Assembly: GCA_038212275.1 (NCBI GenBank)
Contig: JBBQUR010000010.1
Span: forward strand, 1-64,000
Direction: 5' to 3'
From: Planctomycetota bacterium
Lineage (GTDB): Bacteria > Planctomycetota > B15-G4
DNA length: 64,000 nucleotides
Shown here: one piece after another, positions 19,652 through 28,326 of the stretch
Numbering within the stretch: position 1 is the first letter of the stretch
Layout of the letters: each line of letters opens with the position of its first letter
Notes under the pieces: model-generated
Seen by the model: the letters and a program-made list of their open reading frames with translations, nothing else
What the model was told of the DNA's origin: nothing
Database searches by the model: none
Made by a program: the position numbers and the translations under genes

Positions 19652-20968
19652 TCAGGTGCCGATCCGGAGATATTCCAGGCCGGGAGCCAGGGGGCGTCCG
19701 TGCTCGCCGAGGCCCGACTCGAAAAGCGCTTCCAGATCACGCAGGGCCCTCGAATCACCATGCACGCGAATCTGCTGAGGCCGAGGATGCCTTCCGCCCA
19801 GCAGAATCAGGCTCATGAGCGAGTTCGCCGAGCAACTTTCGCCGTCAAGGCTGATCTCCAGCGGCGTGCCGTAATGCCGCGCAATCTGAACGATCAGCGC
19901 CAACGGACGCGCGTGCAGCGTCACCCCCGCCGGCATGCACAGCGCAACAACCGCCCGGCTGACAAACATCTGCAGAATCTGGTGTGCAAGTGCGCTGGCC
20001 GATTCGACATAAAGATATGCATGCCTTAGACATACGTTCACAGCTATGTCCAGTATTTCCAGCTCGTTCACAACCGTCGTGATCGCCGTCCGCGCCGGGG
20101 CATGCCGGATATCACTCTCGTGCCGCTCGTAAAAATGCACGAGACCGGTCGCCATCTCGAGCAGGTGCAGCGACACGGATACGTGACCGCGCAACGAGGC
20201 GAGCCACGGGTGGTCCCGCTCGACAACAGTGTTCAACACGAAGGTGTCGTAGATGGACTGGATGCTGTGGACGGTTGACTCATACCAGCGGCACCGCTCT
20301 TCGCTCGCATATTCCGTGACGAACTCAACGAGCGACTCCTTCGGGCGCGCGAATCCGAGGTTCAGACTGCGGCTCGTCTCGAGCACCTTCAGGAAGCGCG
20401 CCCCGATCTCCGCAATGTGCTGTCGCTCGTCCACGGCTTCGGACTCGTCGAGATTCCGTGGAAGAAGGTGACGCTGCGGTAACTTCGACTTCACTTCGAC
20501 TGACGATAAAGACCATTTACAGCCGTGTTGAGAGGCCTCTAGCTCCAGGGAGCCCAACAAGCCGTGGAGGGCCTCGTTGAGCCTTCCCAACGACTCGTCA
20601 AGCTCTGTGGCGAGTGGGGCGCGATCGATCAGCACTTGGTATCGCGTGAGCCGCTGCGACAGGTGCAGGCCGATGGAGCCGACCGCTGCCAAACCGCGAG
20701 CGGATGCCACCGTCTCCCCGAAGGTCACAAAGGTTCGGTTCTGCCTCGCGCCGAAGTCATCGAGGAAGGTCTCGAAGTCGTGCGCTTCCTGGGACAGCCG
20801 AGCCATGACGGAAGGAGAGCGCAACAGCTGGGCGTCATTGCGAATGGCAACGACGCACCCTCCGAAGGCCTGCGACTCCTTGGCCAGGAGCGTCCTGAAC
20901 TCGTCCTCGCGAACGATCACGTCGCGAGAGAGCGCTGTCGAGGTATCGCGTGATTCCGTCTGCGTCAT
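19652..20968 (-). CDS. Protein with a long N-terminal helical region fused to a C-terminal HPr phosphocarrier domain
   Basis: C-terminal LHARP (His15 equivalent) and ANSLMSL (Ser46 equivalent); roughly 335 aa of unrecognised N-terminal sequence. Confidence 0.8.
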   Translation of the reverse strand: MTQTESRDTSTALSRDVIVREDEFRTLLAKESQAFGGCVVAIRNDAQLLRSPSVMARLSQEAHDFETFLDDFGARQNRTFVTFGETVASARGLAAVGSIGLHLSQRLTRYQVLIDRAPLATELDESLGRLNEALHGLLGSLELEASQHGCKWSLSSVEVKSKLPQRHLLPRNLDESEAVDERQHIAEIGARFLKVLETSRSLNLGFARPKESLVEFVTEYASEERCRWYESTVHSIQSIYDTFVLNTVVERDHPWLASLRGHVSVSLHLLEMATGLVHFYERHESDIRHAPARTAITTVVNELEILDIAVNVCLRHAYLYVESASALAHQILQMFVSRAVVALCMPAGVTLHARPLALIVQIARHYGTPLEISLDGESCSANSLMSLILLGGRHPRPQQIRVHGDSRALRDLEALFESGLGEHGRPLAPGLEYLRIGT

Positions 20969-21109
20969 GGCTCCAGCCCGAATGGCGTCAGTCTATCACG
21001 CGGGGCGCAGGCTCGAGTCCGTTCCACCCGATGGCCTCAAGGTCGCACGCATTCGCTGTCGATCTCCTGACGCGCGCACCCCGTTTCACCCCACCACACC
21101 ACGAGCGCC

Positions 21110-21958
21110 GTGGCCAGCTTCGAGGGAGAGACTCCCATTCCTTCCGACGGCACGATCGAGATCTACCTGCGCGAGATCAATCGCGTGAAACTCCTCACTG
21201 CAGCGCAGGAGAAGGAGCTCGCGGTCAGGGTGCAGGGCGGTTGCCAGGAGGCGCGGAGTCATCTCGCGCAGGCCAACTTGCGGCTCGTCGTTTCCATCGC
21301 CAAGCGCTACGTGAATCGCGGGCTCTGTCTTCTCGACCTCATCGAGGAGGGAAACGTCGGCCTCATGCGTGCCGTCGAGAAGTTCGATCCCGCGGCTAAC
21401 TGTCGCTTCTCCACGTACGCCACGTGGTGGATCAAGCAATCTATACGCCGCGCACTCACGAACACCGTCAAGACGGTGCGCATTCCTTCCTACATGATCG
21501 AACTGATGTCCCGCTGGCAGGCTGCGACAGAGAAGCTGCTGCTGAAGCACGGGCGCGAACCATCGCCTGCAGAGGTCGCCCGGGATCTCCAGATCACCGA
21601 CGAAGCCGTCATTGCCGTCAGGGGTGCGCTCCAGACTGCTTCGCGCTACACGCAGTCCTTCGCGCAGGATGACGATGCTGCGGATCTCTCCGACATCATC
21701 GTGGACCCGAATGCGGAGGAACCCAGCGACCGGCTTCTCGCATCCAGCGAGCTGCGTCGAATGCTTGCCCTGCTCGAGACACTCGAGGACAGGCAGGTGA
21801 AGATCCTGCGCATGCGCTTCGGTCTCGGCTACGATGAGTCGATGACGCTCAAGCAGATCGGCGCCGAACTCGGCCTGACGCGAGAGCGAGTCCGACAAAT
21901 CCAGAACGAGGCGCTGGCGAGGTTGCTCTCCGCGATGAACGAGAGCGAATTCGTCTGA
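21110..21958 (+). CDS. RNA polymerase sigma factor, RpoD/RpoS family, lacking region 1.1
   Basis: YLREINRVKLLT, ANLRLVVSIAKRY, DLIEEGNVGL, FSTYATWWIKQ, TRERVRQI. Confidence 0.93.
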   Translation: MASFEGETPIPSDGTIEIYLREINRVKLLTAAQEKELAVRVQGGCQEARSHLAQANLRLVVSIAKRYVNRGLCLLDLIEEGNVGLMRAVEKFDPAANCRFSTYATWWIKQSIRRALTNTVKTVRIPSYMIELMSRWQAATEKLLLKHGREPSPAEVARDLQITDEAVIAVRGALQTASRYTQSFAQDDDAADLSDIIVDPNAEEPSDRLLASSELRRMLALLETLEDRQVKILRMRFGLGYDESMTLKQIGAELGLTRERVRQIQNEALARLLSAMNESEFV

Positions 21959-21964
21959 CAATCA

Positions 21965-23203
21965 GTGCGGGTCAAACAAGCTCTCGAAGACAATGGCCCG
22001 GCGTTTCCGCTGAGCGGCCTGTACGCGCATGTGCCGTTCTGCCGTGAACGCTGCACCTACTGTTCCTTTACGACGATTGCGGATGATCGCGCACTTCATG
22101 CACCGCTCGTGCACGCATTGCTCGAGGAGTGCGCGCGCCACTCGCGTGCCGGAGCGTTTCGAGATGCGCCCCTGAGATCCCTGTATCTTGGTGGGGGCAC
22201 TCCAGGTCTGCTGGCGCCGGACGATCTGGCAATGCTTGTCGACGGCCTGCGCATTCACGCACCTCTTGCGTCCGACGCCGAGTTCACTCTCGAGGTGAAT
22301 CCTGCGAACGTTTCGACGGAGGCGCTCAAGTGCTGGAACGATCTCGGCATCAACAGGCTCTCCATCGGCGTTCAGACCTTTCGCGACGACGTCCTCAGCC
22401 GCCTCGGGCGACGGCACGATGCGACGATGGCACGGCGGGCTCTGAAGCTCGCCCATGAGCATTGGCCGCACACGTGGTCCGCGGATCTGCTGGTCGGCTG
22501 GGTGCGACAGCAACACGACGATCTCGACCGTGACATCGTCGAGCTGATGAGTCACGCGCCACCGCACGTCTCGGTGTACGGACTCACCATCGAGCCGAAG
22601 ACGCCACTCGCGCAACTCGCCGCCAGTGGCCACGAGGTCACCGCACCGACCGCACTGCTCCCCGCCTTCGACGCCGTCTGGTCGGCCGCGCTCTGCCAGG
22701 CAGGGCTTGAGCGCTACGAAGTTTCGAACTTCGCGCGCGACGGTCATCGGTCGCGGCACAATCAGCTGTATTGGCGAAACCTCTCGTATCTGGGGCTGGG
22801 TCCGGGAGCGTCGAGTTCCGTGCATCCCTGGCGCTGGACAAACCGGACGGACCTGGCCGGCTACCTGAGAGCCACGGCCAATGGGCGAGGTGTTCGTGCC
22901 GCAGCGGAGCGAGTGGGGCCGCATGCCCGGCTGCTGGAGACCGTGTCGTGCGGGTTGCGCACGCAGGAAGGACTGGAGTCCGCCGAACTCGATCGGCGCT
23001 TCGGGCCCGCCTGGCGCGACACTCTTGCGGGCGGATGGCAGCGGCTGTGCGAACACGACATCCTCCGGGAGAGTCGCGGTTGGATCACGGTGCGCCCGGC
23101 AGAGGTCGTCCGGTTGGACGCCATTCTGAGAGAGCTCATCTCACTCTCAACGTCTCGTGGTGCTTCAACCCCAGGGCACCGCAGTCTTGATGGCTGCCTA
23201 TGA
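21965..23203 (+). CDS. hemW: Radical SAM heme chaperone HemW (HemN-like)
   Basis: YAHVPFCRERCTYCSF, GGGTP, RLSIGVQ, YEVSNFA, HNQLYW. Confidence 0.88.
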   Translation: MRVKQALEDNGPAFPLSGLYAHVPFCRERCTYCSFTTIADDRALHAPLVHALLEECARHSRAGAFRDAPLRSLYLGGGTPGLLAPDDLAMLVDGLRIHAPLASDAEFTLEVNPANVSTEALKCWNDLGINRLSIGVQTFRDDVLSRLGRRHDATMARRALKLAHEHWPHTWSADLLVGWVRQQHDDLDRDIVELMSHAPPHVSVYGLTIEPKTPLAQLAASGHEVTAPTALLPAFDAVWSAALCQAGLERYEVSNFARDGHRSRHNQLYWRNLSYLGLGPGASSSVHPWRWTNRTDLAGYLRATANGRGVRAAAERVGPHARLLETVSCGLRTQEGLESAELDRRFGPAWRDTLAGGWQRLCEHDILRESRGWITVRPAEVVRLDAILRELISLSTSRGASTPGHRSLDGCL

Positions 23204-23769
23204 TACTTATCATAGATAATTACGATTCTTTTACCTTCAATCTGTACCAATTAGTTGCTGATCTCGCAGGTTCCTCGGCCCGCCCCGTCGTTCTGCGGAA
23301 CGATGCCGTGGACGTGCTCGAGGTTCGTCGACTCGAGCCGACTCACATCGTGCTGTCGCCGGGACCTGGCCACCCAGCCGGCTCCCGAGTGTCGCTGGAC
23401 ATCCTGCGCGACCTGAGCTCGGTGCCGGTTCTCGGCATCTGTCTGGGCCATCAAGCCCTCGCCCTGGCACACGGAGCTCGCGTGACACGATCCGCACATC
23501 CGAGCCACGGCAGGACAACAAGCGTCAGCCACGACGGATCGAGACTCTTCGACGGTCAGCCTCCGCGCTTCGAGGCGGCGCTGTATCACTCGCTTGCGGT
23601 GGAGCCAGCCTCGCTGCCTCCGGAACTCATCGCGAGCGCCTGGTCCGACCGCGGCGATATCATGGCCTTGCGTCATGCAGACCGCCTGCATTTCGGCGTC
23701 CAGTTCCATCCGGAATCATTCCTCACGCCCACGGGCCGGCACATGCTGCAGGCCTTTCTGGAACTCTGA
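23200..23769 (+). CDS. Anthranilate/aminodeoxychorismate synthase component II (TrpG/PabA)
   Basis: IDNYDSFTFNL, SPGPG, GICLGHQ, YHSL, QFHPES. Confidence 0.93.
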   Translation: MILIIDNYDSFTFNLYQLVADLAGSSARPVVLRNDAVDVLEVRRLEPTHIVLSPGPGHPAGSRVSLDILRDLSSVPVLGICLGHQALALAHGARVTRSAHPSHGRTTSVSHDGSRLFDGQPPRFEAALYHSLAVEPASLPPELIASAWSDRGDIMALRHADRLHFGVQFHPESFLTPTGRHMLQAFLEL

Positions 23770-24692
23770 TGTCGCTACCGTTCGCCGACCGACTCGCGAG
23801 TGCCGTACGCAGCAAGCACTCGGCTCTGGTTGTGGGGCTCGACCCGCAGTTCGCGAAGCTGCCCGTCGAGATTCGCGAGCGCGCGACTGCGCATCACGCT
23901 GACCAGCGCGAGGCTGCCGCGGCAGCCATCAAGGAGTTTGACGCCGCCGTCATCGAAGAGGTTGCGCCATTTGCCGCTGCCGTGAAGCCGCAGATCGCCT
24001 ACTACGAACGGTGGGGGCCGCCCGGACTTGCGGCGTATGAACATGCCATCGAAAAGGCTCATGCAGCTGGCCTTCTGGTCATCGGTGACATCAAGCGAGG
24101 GGACATCGGCCCGACGGCCGAGGCTTACGCCTCGGCCCATCTCGGCTCGGGAACCACGGCCGAGAGGGACCAATTCGCTGACGCCATCACCGTGAATCCG
24201 TACTTCGGCACCGACGGCCTCCAACCCTTCCTGAACGCCGTGCGCGAGAAAGATGCCGGTCTCTTCGTGCTCGTGAGGACCTCCAACGCCTCCGCGGGAG
24301 AGCTTCAGGACTTGCAGGCGCTCGGCCAACCTGTTCATGAGCATGTCGCCGCACGGGTCGTCGCCTGGGGCCATGAACTGACGGGCAGCTGCGGCTACAG
24401 CAGCGTTGGCGCCGTGGTGGGGGCCACGGCCCCGCGCGAACTCGCAAGGTTGCGCGAGTGCATGCCCAGGACGTGGTTTCTGATCCCAGGGGTCGGTGCC
24501 CAGGGAGGCACTGCCGCAGACGTCGCACCAGCCTTCGACTCGGACGGGCTCGGTGCCCTCGTGAACTCCTCTCGGGGAATCATCTTCGCCTACGGTTCGC
24601 CTGCGGCGTCGGAGTGGCGACGCAGCATCCGCGAGGCCGCACGTCGCTTGCGGGACGAACTCCGCACGGCCGCGCCGCAAGCAGCCTCTTGA
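23769..24692 (+). CDS. pyrF: Orotidine-5'-phosphate decarboxylase
   Basis: VGLDP, KPQIAYY, DIKRGDIG, VRTSN, GAVVGAT, PGVGAQG, NSSRGI. Confidence 0.95.
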   Translation: MSLPFADRLASAVRSKHSALVVGLDPQFAKLPVEIRERATAHHADQREAAAAAIKEFDAAVIEEVAPFAAAVKPQIAYYERWGPPGLAAYEHAIEKAHAAGLLVIGDIKRGDIGPTAEAYASAHLGSGTTAERDQFADAITVNPYFGTDGLQPFLNAVREKDAGLFVLVRTSNASAGELQDLQALGQPVHEHVAARVVAWGHELTGSCGYSSVGAVVGATAPRELARLRECMPRTWFLIPGVGAQGGTAADVAPAFDSDGLGALVNSSRGIIFAYGSPAASEWRRSIREAARRLRDELRTAAPQAAS

Positions 24693-24724
24693 GCGCTTCG
24701 CCTCCGCAGCCGCCGAGTGTCTCG

Positions 24725-26335
24725 GTGCATCGGCGGCGAGCTCTCGTTCACCAGCCCTGGACGAACGACTGGTGGGGGGGCGGCGCAACGGATCCGGAGC
24801 GTGACCGCGCCGCCAGGCTCGCCGCAATCTTCGGTCCGCCGCCCTCTCTGCCGGCACTTCTGGACGCTGCGACCGCGAGAACGATCGACCCGCCCGCAGC
24901 GTGGACCCAGCTCCTGCACGGCCGCACGGCGCACGCGGTGCCCCGGGATGCGCTCGTCGTCCTCGCCGGGCAACAACCGATCCTGCTCGGCGGCGCGGCT
25001 CTCGTCGCCCACAAGGCCAGCACGGCGATCGCTCTCGCGCGGCACCTGGAGGCCACGTGGGGTCGGCGTGTCATTCCGGTCTTCCTCATCGCCACGGAGG
25101 ACCACGACACATCCGAAGTGGATCACGTCGACTTCTGGGATCCCATGAGCACCGTGCTCCGGCGTGTCCGCAGTCCGCTAGCCCCGCCACATGACCGATT
25201 CATGTCATGTACGCTTGATGAGACGTCTTACAAAGCCGCTTACGAGATATTTAAAGCCGCAATGCCTCAGGCAACGAGGACCGATGTTCCACCGCAATCA
25301 GCGGGCGAAAGCGTCGCCTCGACACAGGGCGGCGATTTCCTGGAGCTGACGAACGCGCTCCGGTTTACACCTGCCTTTGTAGCGCACTTTGAAAGCATGT
25401 TAGACGCTGTTTTCGGACCACTTGGGCTGCTTACCGTGCGCGCCCATGAACTGACCGCGCGTGCGGGCCATGTCCTTGGCGCGGGCCTGACGCGCCGCGC
25501 CGAACTTGCGGAGAGTCTGGAAGCCGGGGCGCGGGCGCTGCGGCGGGTGGGCCTCCCTGCCAGCTTTGATGCCGCCGATCCGCGGCCACTCGCGCTCGAA
25601 TCGCGCTCAGGCCGAAGGCGCCGGATCGCGGCCGACGACACTGCGGCGGCCTCGCGTTTCGTGAAGGATCCGACGAGCTTCTCGCCGCATGCGGCCCTGC
25701 GACCCGTGATCCAGGCGACTGCCCTCCCCGTCGTGGCCCAGGTCTGCGGCCCTTCCGAACTGCTGTATCTCGGACAGGCCCGGGGCCTTCACGCCCTGCT
25801 GCGGGCCACGCCGCCGGTGCTGGTGCCGCGCCTTGAAGCCACTTCGGTGAGTCCCGAGTTGCTGCGTGCCATGCACGCGGACCTCTCGACGCTTCCATTG
25901 CCAGGCGTGATGCCCGACGGGCAACAGCCTCCCGGGCCACCCGTGGTGGGGGGCGTGGGAACCGCCGACCCGGCAGCCGACGAGCTGGCACGTCACGAGA
26001 CGGCCCTCCTCGACAGCGCTCGCGCGTTTTCGGCGGCTGCGAAGGCGATCGAGCCGGCCAATGCCGCTGCGGCCGAGCGCTGGCTCAGCCGTGTGGAGCA
26101 CGGCGCCCGACGACTCGCCGAGACTCCTCTCTGGCGCGGCCACATCCGCCAGGACGCCCGCTCCGTGCTGCGCCCTCGCGGTCGTCCCCAGGACACGGTC
26201 CTCGCGTGGCTTCCCGATGCACTGCACCATGGCGCCCCACGCCTCTGGGCCGAGCACATCGTGAGCCTGTGCCGGCCGCTCGATCAGCCTGCTCACGTGC
26301 TGCATGTGCCGCCTGGAGAGGTCACCGATGGTTGA
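24725..26335 (+). CDS. bshC: Divergent bacillithiol biosynthesis cysteine-adding enzyme BshC
   Basis: GQQP..GG, EDHDTSE, FSPHAALRPVIQ..LP, GPSELLYLGQ; overlaps the bshB1 start; own start uncertain. Confidence 0.75.
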   Translation: MHRRRALVHQPWTNDWWGGGATDPERDRAARLAAIFGPPPSLPALLDAATARTIDPPAAWTQLLHGRTAHAVPRDALVVLAGQQPILLGGAALVAHKASTAIALARHLEATWGRRVIPVFLIATEDHDTSEVDHVDFWDPMSTVLRRVRSPLAPPHDRFMSCTLDETSYKAAYEIFKAAMPQATRTDVPPQSAGESVASTQGGDFLELTNALRFTPAFVAHFESMLDAVFGPLGLLTVRAHELTARAGHVLGAGLTRRAELAESLEAGARALRRVGLPASFDAADPRPLALESRSGRRRRIAADDTAAASRFVKDPTSFSPHAALRPVIQATALPVVAQVCGPSELLYLGQARGLHALLRATPPVLVPRLEATSVSPELLRAMHADLSTLPLPGVMPDGQQPPGPPVVGGVGTADPAADELARHETALLDSARAFSAAAKAIEPANAAAAERWLSRVEHGARRLAETPLWRGHIRQDARSVLRPRGRPQDTVLAWLPDALHHGAPRLWAEHIVSLCRPLDQPAHVLHVPPGEVTDG

Positions 26336-27083
26336 CGTGCTCATCTTCGGCCCGCACCCCGACGACATCGAGATCTGCGCCGGCGGCCTCGTCCTCACGC
26401 TGATCAGGCGCGGCTACACCGTCGGCGGCGTGGACCTCACGCACGGCGAGGCGGGCACACGCGGCACCCGGGCGGCGCGCGACCGCGAGGCGTCGGCCGG
26501 CACGCAACTGCTCGGCCTCGCCTTCCGCGAGAACCTTGGCCTGCCGGATGGCGGCGTCGACGTGACGACAGCTGCGCGCGACCTCGTCATCGACGTGATC
26601 CGCAGGCACCGGCCACGCCTCGTCGTCGCGCCATTCCCCAGCGACGATCACCCCGACCATTCGCACGCCGGAGAGCTCGTGAAGGACGCGCGCTTCCTCG
26701 CGGGCTGCGCGAACATCGGCCCGGCCGGAGCTCCCTGGCGCCCGGGCCGCGTGCTGTTCTACCCGTCGCGCGAACTCCTCATGCCGAGCCTCATCGTGGA
26801 CATCAGCGACGTCTTCGAGCAGAAGCTCGCGGCCGTGCGCGCGCACGCATCGCAACTGCACGACCCGACATCGCGTGAGCCGCTCACCACGATCTCGTCG
26901 CCGGACTTCCTGTCCATGATCGAGGCCACCAGCCGGCATTACGGCGGACTCATCGGTGCTCGCCACGGCGAAGCCTACGTGGTGCAGGGTCCGCTCGCGG
27001 TGGATGATCCCGTGCCCGCCGTGCGCGACCGCAACTTCGGCCGCAGCGGAGTCCAGCCACAGCTCGACGAGCGTCGGCCGTGA
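26328..27083 (+). CDS. bshB1: Bacillithiol biosynthesis deacetylase BshB1 (PIG-L family)
   Basis: HPDDIE, LTHGEAGTRG, HPDH, VDISD, HASQL; lies between bshC and bshA. Confidence 0.9.
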   Translation: MVDVLIFGPHPDDIEICAGGLVLTLIRRGYTVGGVDLTHGEAGTRGTRAARDREASAGTQLLGLAFRENLGLPDGGVDVTTAARDLVIDVIRRHRPRLVVAPFPSDDHPDHSHAGELVKDARFLAGCANIGPAGAPWRPGRVLFYPSRELLMPSLIVDISDVFEQKLAAVRAHASQLHDPTSREPLTTISSPDFLSMIEATSRHYGGLIGARHGEAYVVQGPLAVDDPVPAVRDRNFGRSGVQPQLDERRP

Positions 27084-28318
27084 AGCCGTTGCGCATCGGC
27101 ATCGCCTGCTACCCGACGTATGGCGGCAGCGGCGTGATGGCCACCGAGCTGGGCCTCGCGCTGGCCGAGCGCGGCCACGAGATCCACTTCTTCTCGTATG
27201 CGCGGCCGTCCCGACTCACCGGCGTGAAACACGGCGTGGAGTTCCACAGCGTCAGTGTCTCGAGCTACCCGTTGTTCCGCTACCCGCCCTACGACCTCGC
27301 GTTGAGTTCGTCGCTGCGCGAAGTCATGGATGAACGTGGACTCGACATCGTGCACGTGCACTACGCCGTGCCTCACGCGCTCTGCGCACACCTCGCGCGG
27401 GAGATGCTGCCGGGCTGCAGGACTCGCATCGTCACCACGCTGCATGGCACCGACATCACGATCCTCGGCCGCGATCCGAGCTACCGCGAGGTCATCAAGT
27501 TCGGGCTGCAGAAGAGCGACGCGGTGATCTCGGTCTCCCGCTGGCTCGAGCAGCAGACGCGCGAGGTCTTCGCGCACGAGGGTCCGATCCACGTCGTGCC
27601 GAACTTCGTGGACCAGACGCGCTTCCGGCCGAGGCGCGACCCTGGACTGCGCCACGAACTCGGAGGCGACGAGCATGCGCTCATCGTGCACACCTCCAAC
27701 TACCGGGCGCTCAAGCGCGCGCCGGAGACTGTGGACGTGCTCGCGCGCCTCGGTCCGAAGAGTCGCGCGCTGCTGCTCCTCGTGGGCGACGGTCCGGACA
27801 TCTCGCTCGTGCGCGACGCCGCCCTGCGCCGCGGGCTCTCCGACCGGGTGCGCTTCCTCGGCGAGATCCCGGACGCGGAGACGGTCACCGCCGCCGCCGA
27901 CGTCGCCCTGCTGCCCAGCGAAAGCGAGTCGTTCGGACTGGCCGCGCTGGAGGCGATGGCGTGCGCCGTACCCGTCGTCGCCACGCGCGTCGGCGGCCTG
28001 CCGGAAGTCGTGCTCGACGGCGCGACCGGATACCTGCGCGAGGTGGGCGACACCGAAGGCATGGCCGAAGCCGTGCGCCGGCTGCTCGACGACGATGCCC
28101 TGCGCAGGCGTCTCGGACAGGCCGGCGTCGAACGCACGACCGAGCTGTTCTCGCTGGAAAGCAGCGTCAGGCAGCACGAGGAACTCTACGCCCGGCTGCT
28201 GGCCGGCGACACCGACGATACCGGCGGCGCGACAGGTGCCGTGCGAGGCGCCGCGCGCGCGACCTCCGGTGATGCGGATCACGGCGGCGGCGCGCCGTCC
28301 GCCGACGCGCGCGGCTGA
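27080..28318 (+). CDS. bshA: N-acetyl-alpha-D-glucosaminyl L-malate synthase BshA
   Basis: CYPTYGGSGVMATELG, YPLFRYPPY, HVHYAVPHA, TTLHGTDIT, ESFGLAALEAM. Confidence 0.95.
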   Translation: MKPLRIGIACYPTYGGSGVMATELGLALAERGHEIHFFSYARPSRLTGVKHGVEFHSVSVSSYPLFRYPPYDLALSSSLREVMDERGLDIVHVHYAVPHALCAHLAREMLPGCRTRIVTTLHGTDITILGRDPSYREVIKFGLQKSDAVISVSRWLEQQTREVFAHEGPIHVVPNFVDQTRFRPRRDPGLRHELGGDEHALIVHTSNYRALKRAPETVDVLARLGPKSRALLLLVGDGPDISLVRDAALRRGLSDRVRFLGEIPDAETVTAAADVALLPSESESFGLAALEAMACAVPVVATRVGGLPEVVLDGATGYLREVGDTEGMAEAVRRLLDDDALRRRLGQAGVERTTELFSLESSVRQHEELYARLLAGDTDDTGGATGAVRGAARATSGDADHGGGAPSADARG

Positions 28319-28326
28319 TCCACCGG

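Noticed and set aside
17316..26335. Genomic island suggested by lower GC
   Set aside because: It holds core genes and parS, with no integrase, transposase, tRNA or flanking repeats; reported instead as a parS-centred compositional effect
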